A DNA stretch of 58,158 bases, from the IMG/VR virus record IMGVR_UViG_3300011116_000399, positions 1 through 58,158 of that record. One strand, 5' to 3'. Source of the DNA: a virus. Its lineage: Duplodnaviria > Caudoviricetes. Below, piece after piece: positions 46,370 to 55,480 of the stretch (position 1 is the stretch's first letter; the number at the start of each line of letters is the position of its first letter). The notes under the pieces were generated by a model. That model saw nothing but the letters and a program-made list of their open reading frames with translations. It ran no database searches and was not told where the DNA came from. Position numbers and translations under genes: made by a program.

Positions 46370-46780
46370 ACTCAAGTAGTTGAAGCCCCAGTTAAAAAAT
46401 TGGGCAAGCGTGAGTGCGCTCGAATTTACAAAGAGGCTTATGCCGCTGGCTTACAGGCTGGCAAAGAAGTCGGCGTTCCAAAGTTTGTAGTTGGTTCCCC
46501 AACTACTCCACTTGGTAACGATATTGACTTCAATAAAAAAACTTACATCCTTGAGGGTCTTTGCGGATTCGCATGGATAAACATTTCTCCAGCGAGAGGT
46601 GCCTTCGTTAATTATTTGAAGAGCATTGACGCTGGACACAAGGGCTATTACGGTGGCTACGAAATTTGGGTTCGAGAATTCGGACAAAGCGTAGACCGTA
46701 AGAGTGCTTTTGCTGGTGCCTTCGCCAAGGTTCTAAATAGTTACGGAATCAATGCGAGCGCTGGTAGCAGACTTGACTAA
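46367..46780 (+). CDS. Conserved phage protein (CGFAW...RLD family)
   Basis: G.CGFAW, QS..RK..A.AFA.VL...GI....SRLD. Confidence 0.8.
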   Translation: MTQVVEAPVKKLGKRECARIYKEAYAAGLQAGKEVGVPKFVVGSPTTPLGNDIDFNKKTYILEGLCGFAWINISPARGAFVNYLKSIDAGHKGYYGGYEIWVREFGQSVDRKSAFAGAFAKVLNSYGINASAGSRLD

Positions 46781-46796
46781 GTAACAAAACTGAATT

Positions 46797-46967
46797 CATC
46801 CCGTCAGTCGCTTCTTAGATTGGCGGGATGATTCTTATATCGTAAATCCTTTCTGCGATATAGGTTAGGTAGGGTATTCTTTACACGGGTACCCAAGTTC
46901 GGTGGGGTTGATGCCAGTCGTGCGTCCGTCCTCTCTCAAGCACGATGTAAGTGCGCCCCCACCGAGC
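46797..46967 (+). ncRNA. Candidate structured ncRNA with an anti-SD loop
   Basis: Successive hairpins whose G-U pairs work only on the + strand; apical loop contains UCCUCUC. Confidence 0.5.
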
Positions 46968-46979
46968 GCCCTAATATCC

Positions 46980-47122
46980 TTGACAGTCATTCATCTTGAT
47001 GATGTACCCTAATTGCAGGTCGCAAAACACCTACTTCTAAAAGTGAGGTCAGTCCGATACTGGCAACATAGAAGCGTTACAACCAGTAACGAATAAATGT
47101 TCACTCCTAACAATGGAGGAAT
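46980..47122 (+). promoter_or_regulatory. Promoter and structured leader of the transglycosylase gene
   Basis: TTGACA 46980; TACCCT about 47005; several short helices; CTCC/GGAG pairing over the SD. Confidence 0.45.
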
Positions 47123-47578
47123 ATGCGATTTTATGAAAACATTTTCAAACCTATTCCAAGTTTTATCTTCGTTCTTGGAATTATCATTATCAATCCGTTT
47201 CACATCCCGCCCGACCCAGTAGCCAAGGCTAATGATGTTCCAGTTATCAAAGCGATAACTATTGAACGAACCCCTGAAGCGGCTAAAGAGTTCGCTCAGA
47301 AACGCCTTGCTGATTACGGCTGGAAAAATCCTGTTGAGTGGGAGTGCCTCCTATCTCTTTGGACTAAAGAGTCAAATTGGCGTCCCGATGCCTACAATAA
47401 AAAAGCCGTGTATCAGGATGGCGAAAAACTTCACGCTGGCGGTATCCCACAGATACTCGGGCTTGACCCTGACTTAACAGTCGAGGAGCAAGTAACCCGT
47501 GGGCTTGTTTATATCGAACATCGCTATTCCAATCCCTGCTCGGCGTGGCGCTTTTGGGAAAAAAATTATTGGTACTAA
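47123..47578 (+). CDS. Lytic transglycosylase (SLT/lysozyme-like), membrane-anchored
   Basis: W.CL..LW.KES.W...A.N, A.GIPQ, Q...GL.YI..RY..PC.AW. Confidence 0.88.
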   Translation: MRFYENIFKPIPSFIFVLGIIIINPFHIPPDPVAKANDVPVIKAITIERTPEAAKEFAQKRLADYGWKNPVEWECLLSLWTKESNWRPDAYNKKAVYQDGEKLHAGGIPQILGLDPDLTVEEQVTRGLVYIEHRYSNPCSAWRFWEKNYWY

Positions 47579-47587
47579 CCTTCCTGA

Positions 47588-47848
47588 ATGGAAGAAGAGA
47601 AAAAGCCTTCACTAATTGACGATGCGCTCGCTCAAATCGGGCGCATCGCTTTTATTGAACCCGCTATCTGCACAGGATGGGTTTTAGTTTCTGAGTGGAT
47701 GGGCGAGGGCGAAAAAGATTATTGGACGCTAACACTTGCCGATGACCAAAATCCTGATTGGCGACACTTGGGATTAGTTCATCATGGACTGAAAAATTGG
47801 GAGGGGAATGATGATGTCGGACTCAGAGACAAACCCAGTAATGACTGA
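47588..47848 (+). CDS. Hypothetical protein (leaderless)
   Basis: TAACCT close upstream of ATG; TGWVLV.EW...P.W...G. Confidence 0.75.
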   Translation: MEEEKKPSLIDDALAQIGRIAFIEPAICTGWVLVSEWMGEGEKDYWTLTLADDQNPDWRHLGLVHHGLKNWEGNDDVGLRDKPSND

Positions 47849-47954
47849 AAAAGAGAGACAAGATTTATTAAACGATTTAATCAAGGAGCGATTTGGGGAG
47901 TGGGCAACACGCAAGGAACCCGAAATCAAGAATAATCAAGAAACATCAAGATAA
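47808..47954 (+). CDS. Hypothetical protein (up to 48 aa)
   Basis: GGAGG SD; fills the gap. Confidence 0.5.
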   Translation: MMMSDSETNPVMTEKERQDLLNDLIKERFGEWATRKEPEIKNNQETSR

Positions 47955-47963
47955 AATTTCAAC

Positions 47964-48305
47964 ATGGGTTTACCTGAATTTGTTAATGATGCTCCATGTC
48001 GCTCTGCCGACCCATGGCTCTTTGACCAACATCAAATTGATTTAGCGCAACCCGCTCTTTCTTATTGTTCAAGATGTAAATTTTGGAAAGAGTGTGACTC
48101 TCTAGTTCAGCCTCAGACTAATCACTATGACGGAATTGTTGCTGGAAAAGTGTGGCGCAACGGAAGAATTTTGGCTAAGTTAGACGCCTATTCCCCGAAT
48201 CGTTTAGTAGTTGGAGAGGAATCTATTGAAGAAAATAATTATGCCGTGGAAATTCGAGGGAGCGAGTTGTTGGGGAATCGAGACGAATTACTTCTTCCCG
48301 AATGA
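47964..48305 (+). CDS. whiB: WhiB-family regulator (divergent)
   Basis: C...DP.LF...C..C.....C...GIVAG. Confidence 0.75.
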   Translation: MGLPEFVNDAPCRSADPWLFDQHQIDLAQPALSYCSRCKFWKECDSLVQPQTNHYDGIVAGKVWRNGRILAKLDAYSPNRLVVGEESIEENNYAVEIRGSELLGNRDELLLPE

Positions 48306-48507
48306 TGAAGGAGGAACAAGCACAGAGTATGGAATAGCAAAGAGAATTTGTAAGGGATGCTATTGGCAAGAGGAATGTCTTACCTATGCGTTACATTACA
48401 AAGTGTTAGGGATTTGGGGTGGAACAACACTAAATCAGCGAGACATAATGAGAAAAAAACTAAACATAATCGCCAAACCAATAACCAATGAAAGGCACAC
48501 AGCATGA
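48241..48507 (+). CDS. whiB: WhiB-family regulator
   Basis: C......FFP...AK.IC..C.....CL.YAL.....GIWGG. Confidence 0.92.
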   Translation: MPWKFEGASCWGIETNYFFPNDEGGTSTEYGIAKRICKGCYWQEECLTYALHYKVLGIWGGTTLNQRDIMRKKLNIIAKPITNERHTA

Positions 48508-48947
48508 CAGCAATAGCAATAGCAGGAAACTTAGCGGGTGACCCTGAGTTGCGCTTTACTCCAAACGGTAAAGCAATGGCAACCTTCACAATCATTTCTT
48601 CTAAGTCACAGAAAAAACCCGATGGCACTTGGGAAAATACCGATGTAACTCCATGGTCAATTAAGTGCTGGAACAAACTTGCAGAGAATGTAGCCGATTC
48701 CTTGAAAAAGGGAATGGGTGTAATTATCCAAGGAACCGCAGTTTGGGAATCTTGGGATGATAAAAAAACTGGTGAGAAAAAAGGACGGATGACGGTCACC
48801 GCTTTTAATGTTGGAGTGGACTTAAAGCGCCACATAGTTCAAGTAATCGATGTTCGCCGTAATGCTGAGGGCGATTCCGAGATTGACCCTTGGACTGCCC
48901 CTACTTGGAAGACTGAAGCCACGGTACCCGAATCGTTCCCTTTCTAA
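48504..48947 (+). CDS. ssb: Single-stranded DNA-binding protein
   Basis: GNL..DPELRFTP.G, W..LAENV..SL.KG, DPW...PF tail (actinobacterial type). Confidence 0.93.
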   Translation: MTAIAIAGNLAGDPELRFTPNGKAMATFTIISSKSQKKPDGTWENTDVTPWSIKCWNKLAENVADSLKKGMGVIIQGTAVWESWDDKKTGEKKGRMTVTAFNVGVDLKRHIVQVIDVRRNAEGDSEIDPWTAPTWKTEATVPESFPF

Positions 48948-48995
48948 CCCTGATGTAGTATTATTGGGGTTGAAAAACTCTCGAAGGGGGTTGAA

Positions 48996-49298
48996 ATGGC
49001 AATATGGGTTGATTTCTTTACAGAGAAATTACAAGGCTCAAAAGTTGTTGTTGATTCAAACGGTAAGCCATATATCTCAAAGGAGATTGCTCCAAAAGAA
49101 TATGTGGAGATTGAATTGAACATCTCACAACAGTTCTTGCCTTATCACATCTATTTCCGCCGTTACGATGCCAATGGCAATGAGTTAGAGAATCGTCTCT
49201 TCGCTCAAGTTGGTGATAGGGATTTGGCTCTTAAATCTTTCAATGACTTAACTTCCAAAAGAATTAACTCTTTTGAGTTGGTCTTGGACGGAGAATAA
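48996..49298 (+). CDS. Hypothetical protein
   Basis: 100-aa ORF with own promoter-like region. Confidence 0.7.
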   Translation: MAIWVDFFTEKLQGSKVVVDSNGKPYISKEIAPKEYVEIELNISQQFLPYHIYFRRYDANGNELENRLFAQVGDRDLALKSFNDLTSKRINSFELVLDGE

Positions 49299-49332
49299 AA
49301 GAGCAAAATTCGCTTAACGGTATAATCGACGG

Positions 49333-49491
49333 GTGTACGATAACCTTTCGCCGAACCGTGATGGTGTCGTCTCTATGCTCGGGGCTTTTGCTATACAGTC
49401 TCACGAATTATATTCGGAGTTGGTGAACGCAGGGTTCAACGAGCAACAGGCAATTTCTATCGTTGTTGGATTAGCCAATAAAGATAAATAG
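49333..49491 (+). CDS. Small helical protein (52 aa, leaderless)
   Basis: TATAAT-6 nt-GTG; HELY..LV.AGF.E.QA. Confidence 0.65.
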   Translation: MYDNLSPNRDGVVSMLGAFAIQSHELYSELVNAGFNEQQAISIVVGLANKDK

Positions 49492-49507
49492 TAGTCGAGA
49501 GGTATAG

Positions 49508-50947
49508 ATGGCAGACAAACCAACCCCCGATTTAACTGAACTCGGAGCCACGGGTTTACGCCGTTCAGGTGGAACGGTCTATGAAGAATTCTTAGTAAAT
49601 CTACGAGGTATTCGTGGCGCAAAAGTTTATCGAGAGATGGCGGACAATGACCCAACCATCGGCTCAATGTTATTCGCAATCGAGAAAGTTATTACCCGTC
49701 TTGAATGGCGTGTAGACCCATACTCAGATAATTCTGAAGATGGAGAGATTACTAAAGAGGATAAAGAAGTAGCGGCGTTCGTAGAATCTTGCTTAAACGA
49801 TATGTCAGATTCTTGGGATTCAACACTATCCCAAATGTTGTCGATGTTAATTTTTGGTTATTCATATCATGAGATTGTTTACAAAGTTCGAGGCGGAGAT
49901 GTAAACGACCCACAGAAAAATTCTAAGTTTAATGATGGTCGTATTGGCTGGCGCAAAATGCCAATCCGTGCCCAAGAAACTTTATTTAGATGGATGATGG
50001 ATGAAGATGGTGGCATCCAAGGAATGATTCAAGTAGACCCATCAACGGGTGGAACTCACGCTATCCCGATTGAGAAATCTTTGTTATTCCGTACATCTTC
50101 ACAAAAGAATAACCCTGAAGGTCGTTCTATTCTTCGTAATGCTTACCGCCCTTGGTATTTCAAGCGCCGTATTGAAGAGATTGAAGCAATCGGTATTGAG
50201 CGTGACTTAGCAGGTTTGCCAGTTGCTTATGTACCACCTGAGTTCTTATCTTCAACAGCAACCGCAGAGCAAGCGGCAGTTCTAGCATCAATCCAAAATA
50301 TCGTTACCTCTATCAAGCGTAATGAGCAAGAAGGAATTGTTATGCCTTCTATGTACGATGATGCTGGACATAAAGTATTTGATTTAGTTTTATTATCATC
50401 AGGCGGAAGCCGTCAGTTCGACACAGACAAGATTATTCAAAGATATGACCAAAGAATTTCTATGTCTATCCTTTCAGACTTTATTCTTCTTGGCTCTGAC
50501 CGAGTTGGCTCATACGCTCTTGGAACCTCCAAGATGGATTTGTGGTCAATGGCAGTTGATTCAATCGCTAAAAATATCGCTGAGGTAATGAACCAATATG
50601 CGATTCCAAGATTACTAAAACTTAACGGAATGAATCCATCCCGTGCCCCTTATCTAACTTATGGTGAAGTAAGCCATGTTGATTTGAACGAAATCTCAGC
50701 CTTTGTTTCTAACTTGGCTCAGGTTGGCGTACTTGTTCCTGACCCTAAGTTGGAAGAGTATCTACGAGACTTGGCTGGATTACCACCTGCTGAACACGAT
50801 GGACAAAATTTTGGTATGCCTCCAATGCCTGAAGGTATGGGAATTCCTCCTGCACCTGAAGAAGCCGATGGCGCTGGTGAAGAAGAATTACCTCCACCTC
50901 CACCAACACCTGAAGGATTGAATCCACCCGCACCTGAAGTTGGTTAA
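49508..50947 (+). CDS. Portal protein (DUF935-like)
   Basis: Y.EM...D..I, NPEG.S.LR.AY.PW.FK, GSYALG; precedes MuF. Confidence 0.88.
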   Translation: MADKPTPDLTELGATGLRRSGGTVYEEFLVNLRGIRGAKVYREMADNDPTIGSMLFAIEKVITRLEWRVDPYSDNSEDGEITKEDKEVAAFVESCLNDMSDSWDSTLSQMLSMLIFGYSYHEIVYKVRGGDVNDPQKNSKFNDGRIGWRKMPIRAQETLFRWMMDEDGGIQGMIQVDPSTGGTHAIPIEKSLLFRTSSQKNNPEGRSILRNAYRPWYFKRRIEEIEAIGIERDLAGLPVAYVPPEFLSSTATAEQAAVLASIQNIVTSIKRNEQEGIVMPSMYDDAGHKVFDLVLLSSGGSRQFDTDKIIQRYDQRISMSILSDFILLGSDRVGSYALGTSKMDLWSMAVDSIAKNIAEVMNQYAIPRLLKLNGMNPSRAPYLTYGEVSHVDLNEISAFVSNLAQVGVLVPDPKLEEYLRDLAGLPPAEHDGQNFGMPPMPEGMGIPPAPEEADGAGEEELPPPPPTPEGLNPPAPEVG

Positions 50948-50949
50948 AG

Positions 50950-51957
50950 ATGCCGTTTCGTTTTGCGAAAGCCGAAAGACCTAGGCGCATACCTTTAACA
51001 CCTCAAGAGCAAGCCTTGGCTCGCACACTTTTTGAATCTATTCAGCGAGCCACAGATAGCATCTCTCTTCGACAGTTAGAGAGTTTGCTTCGTAATCTTG
51101 ACCCACAAACTTTAGAAAGATTGTTGAATTCAATAACAATCGCTAATCAAAAAAAGATTCAAGATTCTTTATTATCCTCGATTGATATTGGTGGTAATGA
51201 AGCAATCAAACAGATTAGAGAGATTGCACCTAAGTTAGCCCTACCTGCATTTATACCAACCAAGGTAAAGATAGAAAACCGTCCAGCAATGGCTAACATG
51301 GAGTTCACAAAACTTCCTGCGTGGGCACAATCTAAACAACCTAAAGTTGAATTCAAAATGTCATTCAATAAAACAAACCCAAACTCTTTAGCCTTTGCTC
51401 AACGCCGTGCTGGTGAACTTATTACATCTATTGACACATTAACCCGTGAATCAATTCGTCGAACAATTATTGACGCTTTTAATGAGCAGATAGATTACCG
51501 AGCCGCCGCTAGAAGAATTAAAAATGTTGTTGGGTTGCATCCACGATGGGCTGATGCAGTTACTAAATTTGAAAAAGATGAGTTTGCTAGATTACTTAAA
51601 CGAGGATTAAAAGAAGAAGTTGCTCGGGCTAAGGCTATGGATAGAGCCACTAGATATTCAGATTCTCTAAAGAGTAAAAGAGCAACGATGATTGCTAGAA
51701 CCGAAATTCAGATTGCTCAAAACGAGGGACGCTACGAAGGATGGAAGCAAGCGGCTGAAGAAGGTTATGTTGATGTTGAGTCACAGAAAATGTGGATTAT
51801 TGCTCAAGATGAACGCACCTGTGAAATTTGTACAGAATTAGATGGAGAAGTTGTTGGTTGGAATGAACCATTTTCTAGCGGTGATGAAACTCCAGGCAGG
51901 GTGCATCCTAATTGTCGTTGCACCATGGTAATCATTCCACCTGAGAGACGCTCATGA
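50950..51957 (+). CDS. MuF-like minor head protein
   Basis: RA.MIARTE, K.W....DERTC..C..LDG, HPNCRC. Confidence 0.92.
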   Translation: MPFRFAKAERPRRIPLTPQEQALARTLFESIQRATDSISLRQLESLLRNLDPQTLERLLNSITIANQKKIQDSLLSSIDIGGNEAIKQIREIAPKLALPAFIPTKVKIENRPAMANMEFTKLPAWAQSKQPKVEFKMSFNKTNPNSLAFAQRRAGELITSIDTLTRESIRRTIIDAFNEQIDYRAAARRIKNVVGLHPRWADAVTKFEKDEFARLLKRGLKEEVARAKAMDRATRYSDSLKSKRATMIARTEIQIAQNEGRYEGWKQAAEEGYVDVESQKMWIIAQDERTCEICTELDGEVVGWNEPFSSGDETPGRVHPNCRCTMVIIPPERRS

Positions 51958-53258
51958 GTATTACTCTCACATTCCCTGCTGGCTATAAGCCAGTTCTTAA
52001 GCACGGTGAACACGACCAAAGTTCTCATGGTAGTTGGGCGCACGGAAATTCTTCATTGCAAAAAGAGTATGCGGGATTGAGGGAAAGCGGAATTATAGAA
52101 AATGGAAAATACTACCCTGAGTACGATTCCGTAGCGACATCAGGCTTTGACCCCTCTAAATACTCAAGACCTTATGACCCAAGGGCGCTGACTAATGACG
52201 CCAAGGTTCATTCAGGTCCTCAGTTACGAGAAATAATTCAACAACTTATGGATAGGGAAGAATATACCCCTGAAATACAAAAAAAAGTTGAGGAAATTTC
52301 TAAAAGTTTTTTAACAGCCAATTTAGAAAATGTACAAACTTATTTTGAACAAGAAGCGGCAAAACAGAATTTAGGCGCAACAAATTCTAAGATTTATGTA
52401 GCGGGTCAGACTCAAAGATTATCTAACTACCTTGATGCTAATAATGCAGAAGTTAGATATGAAATTGCAAAAGCCATCTATCCCCTCCTTGGCGAATTAC
52501 GAGGTATGCAATTAGGTAATTATTTACAAAATCACGAAAGAGTAACAAAGGAAATTCAAGAGAATGTTTCCAAGGGATTTCCCGTCATAGCCGTTGATTC
52601 AAGAGATTTTGAAAAAGTTTTAACAGATGGTAGATTTAAGTCACAATTTGAGTCAAATAAAAGTGGGGGAATGTACGATTTAGGCAGGAGAAAAATCGAA
52701 GAAGTAGAGCAAGGAATTCCAGTAAACAGTAAATTGAAGGATAGACCAATTTACGGATACCTTGCAAGCCAACTATCTGTTGATGAAAATTCTGCAAGAG
52801 ATGTAAATAACGAAAAACCTACCAATACATTTACCGTGAACACAAGCCGAGTAGAACAATATGGCGACTTAAGGGTATTATTAAATGATGATGTAAAAGA
52901 AAGAACCACTTATACTTTAAGAGATTCTTTACAACAAGGCTCACTTCCACAACCCTTGTCCGAGAAAGTGACTAGAGATAATCTTGTAACTGCGGGTTTA
53001 CATGCGAGAAGTTCCTATGGAAGCGGCGGTAAACATACAAGCGAGTATGTTGAAGTACAAATCAAAAATGGTGTAAAAGTTACAGATATTAAACAAATTT
53101 ATATTGTTAGTCGAAGTAGTGATTCACAAGACAGGGAGCGTCGAGTTAATGAGGTTAAAAGCATGTTGAGTGCTTCAGGTAATACAAATTTAATTGATAA
53201 AGTTAAATTTTTACCCGCAGAAAAAGATGGTTTGTCAGATTATGGGTGGTCAGATTAA
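51954..53258 (+). CDS. Head-cargo effector 1: His tag plus DUF3626-like domain (possible ADP-ribosyltransferase fold)
   Basis: KHGEHDQSSHGSW; GRFKSQFE...SGG, RP.YGYL, QYG, RTT.T..DSL, YVEVQI. Confidence 0.75.
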   Translation: MSITLTFPAGYKPVLKHGEHDQSSHGSWAHGNSSLQKEYAGLRESGIIENGKYYPEYDSVATSGFDPSKYSRPYDPRALTNDAKVHSGPQLREIIQQLMDREEYTPEIQKKVEEISKSFLTANLENVQTYFEQEAAKQNLGATNSKIYVAGQTQRLSNYLDANNAEVRYEIAKAIYPLLGELRGMQLGNYLQNHERVTKEIQENVSKGFPVIAVDSRDFEKVLTDGRFKSQFESNKSGGMYDLGRRKIEEVEQGIPVNSKLKDRPIYGYLASQLSVDENSARDVNNEKPTNTFTVNTSRVEQYGDLRVLLNDDVKERTTYTLRDSLQQGSLPQPLSEKVTRDNLVTAGLHARSSYGSGGKHTSEYVEVQIKNGVKVTDIKQIYIVSRSSDSQDRERRVNEVKSMLSASGNTNLIDKVKFLPAEKDGLSDYGWSD

Positions 53259-55280
53259 ATGGACAATACGCTCAATATAGAAAAAGGCACCGTTTTATAC
53301 AAACGCTCAGATGGTAGTGAGATTGTATTTACAAAAATGGATGATGAAGATTTCTACGGTTTTGTTCGTAATCCCAAAGGTAAAGTTTTTGAAGAACAAT
53401 TATTAGGGTCGATACTTCGTCGAGGTGATTGGGAAGCCACCTATGAACCTGTGAAAAAGCACGGTGACCACGACCAATCAACCCATGGTGCTTGGGCGCA
53501 TGGCGTTCAAGTAGCCCCTGAAAAGATTCGAGAGGCTATCCAGCAAGTCAAGGACAATGAAGGTCTGACCATCGATATGAAAGATGGGGATATGCCCAAA
53601 ACGGGCTTTACCGTGGCTAAGGGTAAGAAATTCGCCGAAATCGTCAAGGCTGAGGATTTCTATGGGGAAAAAGGCGAGGAGATTCTGACTTCCTACCTAA
53701 AACAATACAGGTCAGAACTTAATAAAGAGAATAACTACCTCGGTTTATGGCATAATAAGAAAGATGGACAGGTTTATCTTGATGTTTCTGAAAACATCCA
53801 AGATGAAACGGAGGCTATAAACCGTGGTCGTGACAGAGACCAAATCTCAATATGGGATGTAGTAAATCTAAAAGAAATACCAACAGGAGGTACAGGTGCC
53901 ACAAAAACTAGAAGTAGTCAAACTTCCCGATTTGTCAAAGATGACAGACGAGCAGATAGAAGCATACGCCAAGGAGATTTGGGCGAAGTTAGCAAAAGGC
54001 AAGAACGAGTCAAAGTAATTTATTTTGATTACGGATTAAAACCCGTATTCAAACATGAAGGTCACGAAGACCAGTCAAGCCACGGTAACTGGGCTAGAGG
54101 ATTTACTGAGCAAGAACAATCTCGTATTGAGTCTATGGACAAAGTTGGTCCATCAAAAGATGATTTAAGTAGATTACTAAAAGGCAAAAAAGAATATACC
54201 GACGAAGATAAAACTCTTGTCGTAGAAAATGATTCTGATTTATATGCCGATGCAACTCAAGATATTGATTCTAGGGTTGAGGAAAGACTTGCTCGACTTC
54301 AAGCAGAGTTTCCAAATCATGTTTATACAGAACAAGAAAAAGCAACTATCTATGAGGACACACAAAGAGACATGGTTGCTGAATATGTAGATTCCAATAG
54401 TGAGACATTAGACGAATATCTCCAAGCAAGCGAGGGAGATTCTTTTGACCCTCAAGAATCAATCGATTCATTCCAAGATGTTTACGGTGTAAGCCATACT
54501 GGAACAACTAGAGATGGAAGAGAAGTAACCCTAAGTGCGAATGTTGGCGATGTTAGCGCCGACGGTTACAACATTTATATTCGTGGAGATGTTATTAGTG
54601 ACGATGGAAATTTGGCTGGAGAGTTTGAGCGACGCATTTTTCAAAAAGACGGAGTTTGGAATGTTGAACACGCAGTCTTGAGGTTAGATGATGAATACCA
54701 AGGTACGGGTTTTGGTAAAGAGTTTATTGAGCAATCAGAGGCTTGGTATACCGCTAAAGGTTTTGGTTTCATCGAAGTTGGAACAGCATGGGACGGCGCT
54801 CGCCATTGGGCTAGAGCGGGGTATGACTGGAAGCCTGACAGAGTTTCAGAAAACTTAGATAACATTTCTCAAAGAGTTGCTTCTATGGTCGATGAGGATA
54901 GTGGCTGGTTCAAAGAGGGTTCTCCCGAAAGAATTGAGTTTGATAATTTAATGTCAAGAGCAACAAACGAATACAGCCCTTATTTTGAAGATGAAAGCGG
55001 ATATAAGTATCCCGCTTTTAGTTCAGTCAAAGATTTGAAAGCAGATGACTTCCCACTACCTGCTCATTTTGCAAACATTGGATATTCAAAAGAAAAAGCA
55101 GAAGAAGTTGGTACTTGGGCTGGTAAAGAATTGATGTATGACTTGAGAATGAAATACACGAAGTCATTAACCGCTGAGGGACAAAAACTCTTACAAGGTC
55201 CTATTGACCTTGACGGGGATGGATTGGTTTATGATGGAACAGCCCGTGAAAAGCCAGCACCAAGTAGCGCAAAGAACTAA
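53259..55280 (+). CDS. Head-cargo polyprotein 2: small N-domain, tag plus unknown domain, tag plus GNAT acetyltransferase, DGDG tail
   Basis: Tags at 53457 and 54051; GNAT motif A YQGTGFG and G..HWARAGY. Confidence 0.8.
   Translation: MDNTLNIEKGTVLYKRSDGSEIVFTKMDDEDFYGFVRNPKGKVFEEQLLGSILRRGDWEATYEPVKKHGDHDQSTHGAWAHGVQVAPEKIREAIQQVKDNEGLTIDMKDGDMPKTGFTVAKGKKFAEIVKAEDFYGEKGEEILTSYLKQYRSELNKENNYLGLWHNKKDGQVYLDVSENIQDETEAINRGRDRDQISIWDVVNLKEIPTGGTGATKTRSSQTSRFVKDDRRADRSIRQGDLGEVSKRQERVKVIYFDYGLKPVFKHEGHEDQSSHGNWARGFTEQEQSRIESMDKVGPSKDDLSRLLKGKKEYTDEDKTLVVENDSDLYADATQDIDSRVEERLARLQAEFPNHVYTEQEKATIYEDTQRDMVAEYVDSNSETLDEYLQASEGDSFDPQESIDSFQDVYGVSHTGTTRDGREVTLSANVGDVSADGYNIYIRGDVISDDGNLAGEFERRIFQKDGVWNVEHAVLRLDDEYQGTGFGKEFIEQSEAWYTAKGFGFIEVGTAWDGARHWARAGYDWKPDRVSENLDNISQRVASMVDEDSGWFKEGSPERIEFDNLMSRATNEYSPYFEDESGYKYPAFSSVKDLKADDFPLPAHFANIGYSKEKAEEVGTWAGKELMYDLRMKYTKSLTAEGQKLLQGPIDLDGDGLVYDGTAREKPAPSSAKN
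53896..54018 (+). CDS. Nested overprinted 40-aa gene (candidate partner/immunity protein)
   Basis: AGGAGG-5 nt-GTG; MPQKLEVVKLPDLSKMTDEQIEAYAKEIWAKLAKGKNESK. Confidence 0.65.
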   Translation: MPQKLEVVKLPDLSKMTDEQIEAYAKEIWAKLAKGKNESK

Positions 55281-55299
55281 ACTGGGGTATAATTAGATT

Positions 55300-55461
55300 A
55301 TGAATAGACGAGAGACACAAAAGGCTATCCAAGAGGCTTATGCAAAATGGTCTGAGAAGGTGGAATTTACCTCTGAGACTGGAGCATCCGATAAAGACGA
55401 GTCTGAGATTATGGCTCAGATTTCAACCATACTTCAAGGAAATAAACCGCAGTCAGAATAG
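55300..55461 (+). CDS. Leaderless 53-aa protein (candidate GNAT partner)
   Basis: AACTGGGG-TATAAT-6 nt-ATG right after the GNAT gene. Confidence 0.7.
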   Translation: MNRRETQKAIQEAYAKWSEKVEFTSETGASDKDESEIMAQISTILQGNKPQSE

Positions 55462-55480
55462 TGTGCGCTATTCTTAGAAC

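Noticed and set aside
46797-46967. tRNA or tmRNA
   Set aside because: No cloverleaf, T-loop or CCA arrangement could be built by eye.
47011-47122. c-di-AMP (ydaO) riboswitch
   Set aside because: The context fits but I could not find the conserved core motifs.
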